From positions 1-64,000 of the IMG/VR virus record IMGVR_UViG_3300029319_008461: a stretch of 64,000 bases of DNA. One strand, given 5' to 3'. Source of the DNA: a virus. Under the pieces are notes generated by a model. The model was not told the DNA's origin and made no database searches. It worked only from the letters and a program-made list of their open reading frames with translations. The position numbers and the translations under genes were made by a program. Every line of letters starts with the position of its first letter. Position 1 is the first letter of the stretch. Positions 8,770 to 17,845 of this stretch are shown here, one piece after another.

Positions 8770-9324
8770 ATGCCTGGATTTGGTAACAACACACAAGGAG
8801 TTCAGGGTGGGGCAGTCTCTCCCACTTCGACAGGATCGGTGCGATTTCCTTTAACACCATTTGCGACAAGAGATGCATTCACTGGAGTATCACATACAGC
8901 AGATACTATTAATTTTAAAAACAATGGGACTCCATTGCCTGTGTCTGGTGGTGGTGGTAACGAGGCATCCTGTATTCACGTTGCATCTTTGACTGCCTTA
9001 GATGAGGTTTATCTATGGGCGTCAAATAAAGGGGAAGCGGATGCATCATTAACATTGTCGTTTGTTACTGGCGGATATCAGATTGATGGACAAACTGCTC
9101 CGGCCAGTGAAGTGATGGAAGCCCTTGTTGGACAGCAGAGAATTGTTACTAATATTAAAGGAAAAGGTGGATTACAATTAGTTTACCCTGGAATACCTCA
9201 TACAAACAATGATGCAATTTTTGCAATGTCATCAAACAGAAATATGAACATTTGTGGTTTTGTTATGAGAAGATTTAGAGAAACTGCAACAGATCCTAAC
9301 CAAGGATTTGATGGACAAGAATAA
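8770..9324 (+). CDS. putative virion protein (paralog of 9324..9818)
   Basis: MPGFGNNTQG start, IH..SLTA.DE.YLWA.N core and TD.NQG.DG.E end are shared with the next gene. Confidence 0.7.
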   Translation: MPGFGNNTQGVQGGAVSPTSTGSVRFPLTPFATRDAFTGVSHTADTINFKNNGTPLPVSGGGGNEASCIHVASLTALDEVYLWASNKGEADASLTLSFVTGGYQIDGQTAPASEVMEALVGQQRIVTNIKGKGGLQLVYPGIPHTNNDAIFAMSSNRNMNICGFVMRRFRETATDPNQGFDGQE

Positions 9325-9818
9325 TGCCTGGATTTGGAAACAATACACAAGGGGCTGCTGGAGGTGCAATAACACCAACCGCTCAGGGAACGGTAAGATT
9401 TTCTTTGTCTCAAGCTACAAGTTCGTTCTTACCTATTGTTATAACCTCTGGAACTACAGCGACTCAAGCGATAGCTATACATTCTAGTTCTTTAACTGCT
9501 ATGGACGAATTATATTTATGGGCAGTTAACAATGGTGCTTCTGATGCTTTCTTGTCTCTGTCGTTTGACGACGATAGAATTGGAAACAATGAGTTTGCAG
9601 CATTTAAACCAGATCCTGTAATCACAAAACTAAGCCCGTCAGGCGGTGCGACTTTGATTTGGCCTGGTATTCCAATATTATCTTTAAATGAAACTAGCCC
9701 AACTGTCGTCCATGGCAGTGGTACGGCAGGAAGCAAGATAAGTGTACACGGATATATTATGAGAAGAAACAGAGTGAACGTTACAGATGCAAACCAGGGA
9801 TACGATGGATCAGAATAA
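9324..9818 (+). CDS. putative virion protein (paralog of 8770..9324)
   Basis: Same motifs as the previous gene; TAATG stop/start coupling. Confidence 0.7.
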   Translation: MPGFGNNTQGAAGGAITPTAQGTVRFSLSQATSSFLPIVITSGTTATQAIAIHSSSLTAMDELYLWAVNNGASDAFLSLSFDDDRIGNNEFAAFKPDPVITKLSPSGGATLIWPGIPILSLNETSPTVVHGSGTAGSKISVHGYIMRRNRVNVTDANQGYDGSE

Positions 9819-10129
9819 TGGCAATACTTGATAGAAGACTAATGGGTCCTGTTAATCAATTCCCGGTCAGCGGGTCTGGTGGTGGTAGTTCAATATCTAT
9901 AACTAACAATACAGATGGTAACATTTTAACCGCAACTGGTGAAAGTAATAGAGTAGAGGGCTTGACTAATTTTAAGTTTGATGGTGCTCTTACAGCCAGC
10001 ACAGATTTATACGTTAGTGGATCGGGCAACAACTTGTTTATTAACGGAACGGATGCTACCGGAAGCCTTAAGAGATACTCGGTTGGCATAGAGGGTGGAA
10101 GGTTAGTTGTGAGAATGGACCCCGAATAA
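9818..10129 (+). CDS. short fibre-like virion protein
   Basis: ITNNTDGNILTATG fibre motif; C-terminal GTD..G.L..Y...EGG.L.V resembles the ends of 2552 and 4272. Confidence 0.65.
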   Translation: MAILDRRLMGPVNQFPVSGSGGGSSISITNNTDGNILTATGESNRVEGLTNFKFDGALTASTDLYVSGSGNNLFINGTDATGSLKRYSVGIEGGRLVVRMDPE

Positions 10130-10140
10130 AATTTTACATA

Positions 10141-10147
10141 CTATTTA
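10141..10147 (+). promoter_or_regulatory. CTAnTTA motif, putative late promoter
   Basis: CTATTTA in a 28-bp intergenic gap. Confidence 0.5.
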
Positions 10148-10157
10148 TAACAAGCGT

Positions 10158-10406
10158 ATGAAGAACTTATTAAACAAAGTAACGAAGAAAATAATTCTAA
10201 ACGAGGCATTTAACTTTGATGCTCAAGCATCTGTTCAGGCCTTGACCGATATTATATCCTCTATTAGAGTAACAAATAAAAGAGATACCAATCGTTTAAA
10301 ACTTGCAAAAGAGCATATTCGTGGTATAAAGAGACAGATGAGAACTTTAAATGAAAAGATAGAGTCTTTAGAGCAGGAACTCAACTTACTAAAAGAGGAA
10401 AAATAA
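10158..10406 (+). CDS. coiled-coil hypothetical protein
   Basis: 82 aa with a heptad-like C-terminus. Confidence 0.7.
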   Translation: MKNLLNKVTKKIILNEAFNFDAQASVQALTDIISSIRVTNKRDTNRLKLAKEHIRGIKRQMRTLNEKIESLEQELNLLKEEK

Positions 10407-12380
10407 ATGGGCGGTGTAGCAGGGAGTATGTCCCACCTTTATGACAACCCATCTCTAACCTTTTCTAAAATGAAAGATATAATGGCTGCTGCGTCAAACG
10501 CAGAGCTTGACGTTGAGGAAAAGACAGATGGCCAAAACCTTTTCCTATCATACTCTGTAAAAGATGGCAAGGCGGTCGGCGCTAGAAACAAAGGCAACCT
10601 CCGGAAAGGCGGACTCGATGCCCCGGAGTTGGCCACAAAGTTTGCTGATCGAGGTAATCTGACCAGTGCTTTTGTGGATGGTTTTGACGCTTTTGAAAGA
10701 GCGGTTGAAACTTTGTCTCCTAAAGAAAAAATACAAATCTTTGGAGACGACGCTGATGTCTGGTACAACGCTGAGATCATGGACCCAGATAATGCTAATG
10801 TCATTTTATATGACTCCAAACTTCTGAAGATTCATGATAGGGGACATTTTAAATTTGACAAAGAAACAGGAGAAAGATCTGGAGAGGATGTCGATCAAAA
10901 CTTAGCAGTCCTTGACAGTAGTCTGCAAAAAATGCAGAATAAACTGTCTAAAGAAAAATTTTCCTTAGTCAGAAGTGCAGTCGTTCAACTAAACAAATTA
11001 GAAGACGATGTTGCCCTTAGGCAAGCGCTTAGAAAATTAGACTCTGTTCTTTCCAGTGAGGGGCTTGGTGATGGTTCTAACGTTGGACAATATGTTTACA
11101 AAAGAATTGTTAGCGGATTACAAGACGATCTTCCGGAAGACCTTAGGCACGAAATAACTAGATACCTCCTAAAGCTACCCGGTAATTTAGGACTAAGGGA
11201 AATCAAGAAGCAGGCCGGAAAAGATAAATTAGCAGATATTCAAAATATAGTTGCTAGTAAAAGTTTACTGCTCAAACAAGCGATCCAGCCTGTAGAAAAC
11301 ATTGTACATGATTTTTCTGTTGAAATATTGAGGGGTCTAGAAAGCGTTTTCATTGTTGATACTGGGAAAGAAATAGCTCGTCAAAGAGAAGAGTTAGCAA
11401 AAGCTGTTGGCGAAATTACCGAGTTGGGTCCTGAAAATCCAAAAGCAATGGAAGTTCTTCAAGTCAACTTGAATAAAATTAAAGACATGAAAAATTTAAG
11501 CACTCCGATCGAAGGGATTGTATTTGACTACGATGGGGAAACATATAAGTTTACTGGTAATTTTGCTCCTTTAAACCAAATACTTGGATTATTCAAATAC
11601 GGAACAGGAACCAAAAAACTTACCAAAGAGTCTATTGACAACACCACTGTGATCACAGAAGTCGAAGGTAAACGAATTGCTTTAGTTCCAGGTGGCTTTA
11701 AGCCCCCACACGCTGGGCATTTTGAATTAGCTAAGTTTTTTTCCGACATGAAAGATGTCGATGAAGTTATTGTTGTTGTTTCTACAAAAGCAAGACCTCC
11801 GGTAAATGTCAATATGGCAGTTAAGCTGTGGGACATTTATACCAAAGACTTTCCAAAGATTAAAGCTCGGCCCGGAACAACACCTTCTCCTGTTGGCGAT
11901 GTCTATGAACTTATAGCAGATAATTCTGTGTTTAAAGAGGGGGATGTGGCCCTTTTAGGGAAAAGCGAAAAAGATGCTGATGATGCTCGTTTTGATAGAG
12001 CACAATCATATGCTGAGAGAAAAAATCCTGGGGTGACAGTTGAGTCTGTTATAACTCCATTGTTCGCTGGTGGTGTTAGCGGCACACAGATGCGACAATT
12101 TTTGTCACTTGGTGAAGAGGGTAAATCTGATTTCCTTAAAAACTTACCCAAGCATCTTTCTGATGAAGAAAAAGAAGAGGCTTACAATATTCTAACCAGA
12201 CCTAATGAGGGACTGTATGGTTTTATTGATGACACTATAGATGAAATGTCAACAATGGCCGGCGGTGCTGTAGAGATTGGTGTAGGACCTTTTGGCTCTG
12301 GTAAACCAAACAAGTATAATCCTTATAGGAAAACAAAAAAACCTAAAGTGCGTAGACCTAAACGACAAAGACGGAGATAA
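10407..12380 (+). CDS. fusion of a ligase-like covalent nucleotidyltransferase domain and a HIGH-family nucleotidyltransferase domain
   Basis: EEKTDGQN, NAEIM, IEGIVF and YKFT (ligase-like motifs I, III, IV, V); PGGFKPPHAGH and VSGTQMR (HxGH family). Confidence 0.7.
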   Translation: MGGVAGSMSHLYDNPSLTFSKMKDIMAAASNAELDVEEKTDGQNLFLSYSVKDGKAVGARNKGNLRKGGLDAPELATKFADRGNLTSAFVDGFDAFERAVETLSPKEKIQIFGDDADVWYNAEIMDPDNANVILYDSKLLKIHDRGHFKFDKETGERSGEDVDQNLAVLDSSLQKMQNKLSKEKFSLVRSAVVQLNKLEDDVALRQALRKLDSVLSSEGLGDGSNVGQYVYKRIVSGLQDDLPEDLRHEITRYLLKLPGNLGLREIKKQAGKDKLADIQNIVASKSLLLKQAIQPVENIVHDFSVEILRGLESVFIVDTGKEIARQREELAKAVGEITELGPENPKAMEVLQVNLNKIKDMKNLSTPIEGIVFDYDGETYKFTGNFAPLNQILGLFKYGTGTKKLTKESIDNTTVITEVEGKRIALVPGGFKPPHAGHFELAKFFSDMKDVDEVIVVVSTKARPPVNVNMAVKLWDIYTKDFPKIKARPGTTPSPVGDVYELIADNSVFKEGDVALLGKSEKDADDARFDRAQSYAERKNPGVTVESVITPLFAGGVSGTQMRQFLSLGEEGKSDFLKNLPKHLSDEEKEEAYNILTRPNEGLYGFIDDTIDEMSTMAGGAVEIGVGPFGSGKPNKYNPYRKTKKPKVRRPKRQRRR

Positions 12381-12390
12381 TTAGATTATT

Positions 12391-13200
12391 ATGACAACTA
12401 CTATTAATAGACAGAAAATCGTTGCTGAAGAGTTGATCCGTTCTTATGTTCGGAAAAGAATCAAAGAGAACATAAACAGAAAGCTAATTGCTGAGGATAT
12501 CATTAGATCTAAGATCAGAACAATGCTATTAGAGGCAGAGGCTGGATCAGATGTTGCTCCATCAGAGTCTACTGGTATTAATGTGCTGGCAGCGCTTCTA
12601 GAAAAAATTATTCCTGTTATTGAAGCTGATTATAAGATGTTGACTTCTTCAGAATCACAAAGAGAGTCTTTTAAGAACCACATCATCCAAGCTATCAAAA
12701 ACTCTTTAAAACCTGTGGATGCTCCTGCTGATATGAATTTGCCAGAGAGTTTTGAGTTTACTTTGGATAAAGCTGACTTACTCAGAGAGAAACTAAAAAT
12801 AAGTATTGATGGAGATGAAGAAGAAACTGTTGAAGGTGACTTCATTGACATTGAGAAAGGTGAAGACAAAGATGATTTTGTTGCCATCGATGATCAAAAT
12901 GAAACGGGCAGGAACTTTGCTGCGGCCGCATACAAAAAAGTTGAGAAACAAATTGTTGACTCTTATCTGATGCTAGCAGACGACGAAGACAAAGATGTTT
13001 TCTATGAGTACCTGCTGACAAATATGCTTCTGTATTTTGATAAGTTTGAAGATGAGATTGCGGACTCTCTCCCAGATCAATCGACCCCAGAGTATGAAAA
13101 AGAAAAGCAAGAAAAGGAAACAGAAGGCACAGAGGATATGGAAGAGCCCAGTGAAGAAGAGGGCGCAGAGACAGAGGCCGAAGAAGAGTTAGAAATATAA
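12391..13200 (+). CDS. acidic hypothetical protein, possible head/scaffold-associated
   Basis: 269 aa; basic IR..IR.ML.E N-terminus and Glu-rich tail. Confidence 0.7.
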   Translation: MTTTINRQKIVAEELIRSYVRKRIKENINRKLIAEDIIRSKIRTMLLEAEAGSDVAPSESTGINVLAALLEKIIPVIEADYKMLTSSESQRESFKNHIIQAIKNSLKPVDAPADMNLPESFEFTLDKADLLREKLKISIDGDEEETVEGDFIDIEKGEDKDDFVAIDDQNETGRNFAAAAYKKVEKQIVDSYLMLADDEDKDVFYEYLLTNMLLYFDKFEDEIADSLPDQSTPEYEKEKQEKETEGTEDMEEPSEEEGAETEAEEELEI

Positions 13201-13304
13201 ACTTAACACTTCACAAATCTTAGCTATAATCAGCATGCCTGCTTTGAAAGCTATCAAAACTTCATTTACTTTTTTTACTTTGTTATTTTTTTTAGCTTTA
13301 AAGC

Positions 13305-13333
13305 TTGACAGCTTTTAGATACTATTGCATAAT
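13305..13333 (+). promoter_or_regulatory. sigma70-type promoter of tmRNA
   Basis: TTGACA-17 bp-CATAAT, ending 10 bp before the mature tmRNA 5' end, with a T-rich upstream tract. Confidence 0.75.
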
Positions 13334-13343
13334 GTTAACAAAT

Positions 13344-13667
13344 GGGGGTAAACGGTATCGATTGATAAGGAAGTAGAAAAGGTGCAAGGGTGAGGGAAGC
13401 GTGGCTCACTAAAAACGCTTATCTAATAATCGCAAACGACGATTTTCAACTAGCACTCGCAGCTTAATAACCTGACGATGTTTGAGGCGGCGGCAGCCAA
13501 TAAACAGAAAGCCGTATTTTCCATTCGTATGTGCTTTTGGATGTTTTGTCCATAATAAAACATTCTAGTCAAGTGCCCTGTCTGACAATAAAAACAGGCC
13601 TAACCTTGTGAATGACCTCTCTATGGAACTAGACAAGACGGGAGTTCGATTCTCCCTACCTCCACCA
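13344..13667 (+). ncRNA. ssrA: tmRNA (tag ANDDFQLALAA)
   Basis: GGGGGTA/TACCTCC acceptor with G3:U, ACCA end and GGGAG-TTCGATT-CTCCC T-arm; resume codon GCA at 13432 reads ANDDFQLALAA then TAA TAA. Confidence 0.96.
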
Positions 13668-13689
13668 GCCGCCTTCGGGCGGCTTTTTT
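13668..13689 (+). terminator. intrinsic terminator after tmRNA
   Basis: GCCGCC-TTCG-GGCGGC followed by TTTTTT. Confidence 0.9.
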
Positions 13690-13702
13690 ATTTGGTGGTA
13701 AA

Positions 13703-13709
13703 CTATTTA
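13703..13709 (+). promoter_or_regulatory. CTAnTTA motif, putative late promoter
   Basis: CTATTTA between the tmRNA terminator and phoH. Confidence 0.5.
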
Positions 13710-13738
13710 ATGTAATAGGTTTTCCCTAAGGAAATGAT

Positions 13739-15043
13739 ATGAACAAAACACTAGTATTGGACACAAACGTTTACTTGACAGAAGTGAACGCACTGTTTTC
13801 TTTTGGTAGAAGCGATATCGCTATACCATCAATTATCCTCGATGAAATTGATAAACACAAACATCGGCAAGACACAGCCGGTTATAACGCTAGGATGATG
13901 AATAGAATCTTAGACAGCTTACGAAGAAAAGGAAGCTTATACGAGGGTGTAAATCTTGGACGAGGGAAAGGCAAAGTATTTGCAGCGCAGTATGATCCAA
14001 GATATATGCCAGCAGGTATGGCCTTGGATGATAGTGACAACAAGATTATAGCTATCGCTCTAAAAATAAAATTAGAGGGTCGAGATGTAGCCGTAATCTC
14101 TCGTGATTTAAATATGAGAGTTAAGTGTGATGCTTTTGGCTTAGAGTGTCACGATTACCAGCCGCAGAAAATTATTAGGTCTGTAGAAAAATTATACGAT
14201 GGTTCTGAAACAATAGAAGTAGAGGATGATTGTATCGATAAATTCTACGCAAACGAAGAGATATACCTAACTGAGGAAGTAACCAAGAGGCTTTATCCTA
14301 ATCACTTTCTGGTTATGAAGGATTCTAACAACAAATCTGCGATAGCTAGGTACCTTGGAGAGGATCTACCACTTAAAAGAGTTTTTACTTACAAAGATAT
14401 ATGGGGTTTATCTGCCAGAAATAAAGAGCAACAGTTCGCAATGGATTTGCTTTTTGATAAAGAAATTGATATTGTTTCCTTGACAGGTCAAGCAGGAACT
14501 GGTAAAACATTGATAGCCACTGCTTGTGGATTAGAACAAGTGTTAAGTAGTACAAGGTCTCAGGGAGGCTATGATAAATTGATCATCACTAGACCTGTAC
14601 AACCTATGGGTAGAGATATAGGTTTTTTACCAGGAACTCTTGAGGAAAAAATGATGCCTTGGATAGCACCAATCAGAGATAATTTAGAACATTTGTTTGG
14701 TGATCGGGCCGCTTTAGATATGCATTTAGATCAAGGCGTAATTGAAATTGAAGCTATGACATATATCCGTGGGCGATCCATAGCTAATGCTTTTATGATA
14801 GTTGACGAGGCACAGAACTTAACTCCTCACGAACTTAAGACTATAATAACAAGAGTAGGACACGGTACAAAGTTAATACTAACAGGAGATGTTCAGCAGA
14901 TTGATAATTCGTATGTTGATGCCGTATCTAATGGATTGACATATGCTGTTGAAAAGTTTAAACAGTATGGTATTTCGGGACACGTCTCATTACTAAAGGG
15001 CGAGAGATCTAAATTGGCCACCTTAGCCTCGGAGATATTATGA
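13739..15043 (+). CDS. phoH: PIN-domain PhoH-family ATPase
   Basis: N-terminal PIN (VLDTNV, DDSDNKII, SRDLNMR); GQAGTGKT Walker A; GFLPG, RGRS, DEAQN, TRVG and GDVQQID motifs. Confidence 0.93.
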   Translation: MNKTLVLDTNVYLTEVNALFSFGRSDIAIPSIILDEIDKHKHRQDTAGYNARMMNRILDSLRRKGSLYEGVNLGRGKGKVFAAQYDPRYMPAGMALDDSDNKIIAIALKIKLEGRDVAVISRDLNMRVKCDAFGLECHDYQPQKIIRSVEKLYDGSETIEVEDDCIDKFYANEEIYLTEEVTKRLYPNHFLVMKDSNNKSAIARYLGEDLPLKRVFTYKDIWGLSARNKEQQFAMDLLFDKEIDIVSLTGQAGTGKTLIATACGLEQVLSSTRSQGGYDKLIITRPVQPMGRDIGFLPGTLEEKMMPWIAPIRDNLEHLFGDRAALDMHLDQGVIEIEAMTYIRGRSIANAFMIVDEAQNLTPHELKTIITRVGHGTKLILTGDVQQIDNSYVDAVSNGLTYAVEKFKQYGISGHVSLLKGERSKLATLASEIL

Positions 15044-15714
15044 GAGAGTACATTTCACAAAAGATGAACGAAACACTTTCAGACTTTAACTTTAGAGGTG
15101 TTAACGTTGTCTTTGATGATGAATTGCCAGAGAACGTTGATATTGTGTCCGTTCTGAAGTTTATTGAGAAGAACATCCCGAGATACTGCTACTCAGACTT
15201 AAAACAGATCAGAGTTGGCGACAGAGAAGAATTTAGAGAACGAGAGATCAGTGCGATTTATCGTGATGATACGCTTTTTATCACCAACAAGCAAAAAAAT
15301 ATGACTGACCTTTTGGACGATATGATACATGAAATCGCACATCACGTCGAGGAGAAATTCCCTGAGGATATTTACGGTGATGGGTTGATTAAAAGGGAGT
15401 TCCTGAAAAAAAGAAAACAGTTAGAGTTTGAATTACGCAGCGAGGGGTACTGGACCACTGACTACAATTTTGAGGAAATAAAATTCTCTCGTGAGTTCGA
15501 TGAATTTTTATACAATAGAGTTGGTAAAAGAATGCTAAACATGGTCACTACGGGCATATTCATTAGGCCATACGGCGCTGTGTCGATAAGAGAATATTTT
15601 GCCACTGGATTTGAGTCATACTATTTAAATACAGAGAAAAGAGATTCTCTTTTCGATATCAGCCCTGATTTATACGATAAGATAGATTCTTTAGACAGAA
15701 AGTTTAAATACTAA
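15040..15714 (+). CDS. zincin-like metallopeptidase domain protein
   Basis: MIHEIAHHVE plus downstream Y....REYFATGFESYY. Confidence 0.7.
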   Translation: MREYISQKMNETLSDFNFRGVNVVFDDELPENVDIVSVLKFIEKNIPRYCYSDLKQIRVGDREEFREREISAIYRDDTLFITNKQKNMTDLLDDMIHEIAHHVEEKFPEDIYGDGLIKREFLKKRKQLEFELRSEGYWTTDYNFEEIKFSREFDEFLYNRVGKRMLNMVTTGIFIRPYGAVSIREYFATGFESYYLNTEKRDSLFDISPDLYDKIDSLDRKFKY

Positions 15715-15728
15715 GAAAGCAGGTTACA

Positions 15729-16568
15729 TTGGCTGGAAAACATATTTCTTATTCCGAGTGGCGGAACTGGCACATCTGCCCTCACTACCACAAGCTCACT
15801 TACATTGACAAGGTTGCCCAGTTCGAGGGTAATATTTACACTGCTTTTGGGAAAGCCATCCACACTGTTTGTGAATTTACTTTGACTTCCCCCGAGAAGT
15901 ACAGAGATGCGGGCGCTATCGAGGTATTAGTTAAGGAGCAGTTCCTGAAAGAATTGAAGGCTCTGCCCGCAAGCGCACAACAAGATGCTAAAGCCAATTT
16001 CAAACTTAAAGAGTGGCTTGTAAATGGTTTAGATATTATTCCTGACCTTTATCGCTGTCTTGCTGACAAGTTCGGTAAACTTGGTGAGGATTGGGAAGTG
16101 CTAGCAGCCGAGGAACAACTCTATGTTCCTATCACAGAATTTACGGAAGCAGAAAAAAAGTTCAAAGGATTTATTGACCTCGTAGTCTACTCCAAGAAGG
16201 ATGAAAAAATCCACCTGATTGACTGGAAGACTTGCTCGTGGGGTTGGCGTCGTGAAAAAAAGAGCGACAAGATTATGGCGTACCAGCTTGTATTTTACAA
16301 ACATTTTTATGCTCGTAAGTACGAAGTGGAGCCAAAGGATGTAGATTGTCATTTCGTGCTGCTTAAGAGAACTGCTAAGCCAGGTAACAAGGCCGAGTTT
16401 GTCAGAGTAACAGCCGCCAAAAAAAGAACAACAGATGCACTTAACGCCTTAACAAAAGCGTTGCATAATATTAATAAACAGAATTATATCAAGAACCGTA
16501 CTGCTTGTACAAGTTGCAAAGATCGCTTTGGTGTTTGTGAGTTTTATCAGACGGAATATTGCGCATAG
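15729..16568 (+). CDS. PD-(D/E)XK nuclease (Cas4/RecB-like)
   Basis: ISYS..., FGKAIH, E..L, GFIDLV, IDWKT and YQL..Y motifs; one N-terminal Cys and a C-terminal Cys cluster. Confidence 0.85.
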   Translation: MAGKHISYSEWRNWHICPHYHKLTYIDKVAQFEGNIYTAFGKAIHTVCEFTLTSPEKYRDAGAIEVLVKEQFLKELKALPASAQQDAKANFKLKEWLVNGLDIIPDLYRCLADKFGKLGEDWEVLAAEEQLYVPITEFTEAEKKFKGFIDLVVYSKKDEKIHLIDWKTCSWGWRREKKSDKIMAYQLVFYKHFYARKYEVEPKDVDCHFVLLKRTAKPGNKAEFVRVTAAKKRTTDALNALTKALHNINKQNYIKNRTACTSCKDRFGVCEFYQTEYCA

Positions 16569-16579
16569 GAGGAAAAACT

Positions 16580-17845
16580 TTGTCCGACAAGAAAATAAAG
16601 GTCCTAACAATTAGTGACCATCCCTTGTTACCTTCTGGGGTGGGATCTCAGACAAAATATGTTATTCAGGCACTATTAAGCACTGGAAAATTTCAAGTGA
16701 TTTCACTTGGCGGGGCCATCAAGCACCCCAGTTACGAACCAGCAAAAACTACAGAGCACGGAGACGACTGGATCATATTCCCTGTTGATGGGTATGGAAC
16801 ACAGGAGATAATAAGGAACGCTATTACTAGTCACAAGCCAGATATTTTATGGTTTATGACAGATCCAAGGTTTTATGAGTGGTTGTGGGATTTTGAAGAT
16901 GAAATCAGGGCAGTTGTTCCGATGGTTTATTACCATGTTTGGGATAACTATCCACTGCCTAAGTTTAACAAACCATTTTACATGTCTAACGACGTTATTG
17001 CCACAATATCGAAAGTCACGTCTGACATTGTTCAGAACGTCGCCCCAGAAGTTGAGGAGCACTACATTCCGCATGCGGTTAATCCAACTATTTTTAGAAA
17101 ACATGCAACACCCCAAGAACTTATATCTCTTAATAGTATCCGAAGAGATAATAACTTAGAGGGTAAATTTGTCGCATTTTGGAACAACCGAAATGCAAGA
17201 AGGAAAATGAGCGGCTCTGTGGTATGGTGGTGGAAGACTTTTTGTGACGAGGTAGGCCACGATAACGCCTCTCTAATAATGCATACGGACACAAACGATC
17301 CCCACGGTCAGCCACTAGAATTTTTAGCTCATGAGTTAGGACTTACCGGGGGTCAAATAACTTTTTCAAAGGACAAGGTTCAACCTGAACATCTAGCCAT
17401 ATATTACAATTTAGCCGACGTAACAATAAATATTGCTGACGCCGAAGGGTTTGGACTTGCGACATTGGAATCGTTGTCTTGTGGAACACCTGTTGTTCTT
17501 ACAAAAACTGGTGGATTACAAGAGCAAATATCTGACGGCAAGAATGAATTCGGCGTAGGTATTGAACCAACTTCCAGGGCAGTCATAGGATCTCAACAGG
17601 TGCCATACATTTATGAGGACAGGATTAACGAGGAAGTTTTTGTTGCTGCCTTAAAAAAGATGTACGATATGCCTAAAGAAGATAGAGCTAAACTGGGTGA
17701 CCTTGGAGCAGAGCATGTCCGTAAAAATTATAACTTTGAACAATTTAATAAACAATGGACAGATTTGATGTTAAATGTTTATGAGGAGCGTGGTTCCTGG
17801 GAGAACAGAAAAAATTATCAAGCGTGGGAGTGTATTGAATTATGA
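16580..17845 (+). CDS. GT-B glycosyltransferase (GT4-like)
   Basis: DAEGFGLATLESLSCGTPVV; TTG start after GGAGG. Confidence 0.9.
   Translation: MSDKKIKVLTISDHPLLPSGVGSQTKYVIQALLSTGKFQVISLGGAIKHPSYEPAKTTEHGDDWIIFPVDGYGTQEIIRNAITSHKPDILWFMTDPRFYEWLWDFEDEIRAVVPMVYYHVWDNYPLPKFNKPFYMSNDVIATISKVTSDIVQNVAPEVEEHYIPHAVNPTIFRKHATPQELISLNSIRRDNNLEGKFVAFWNNRNARRKMSGSVVWWWKTFCDEVGHDNASLIMHTDTNDPHGQPLEFLAHELGLTGGQITFSKDKVQPEHLAIYYNLADVTINIADAEGFGLATLESLSCGTPVVLTKTGGLQEQISDGKNEFGVGIEPTSRAVIGSQQVPYIYEDRINEEVFVAALKKMYDMPKEDRAKLGDLGAEHVRKNYNFEQFNKQWTDLMLNVYEERGSWENRKNYQAWECIEL

Noticed and set aside
15729-16568. CRISPR-Cas locus around the Cas4-like gene
   Set aside because: No repeat-spacer array or other cas genes seen in the window
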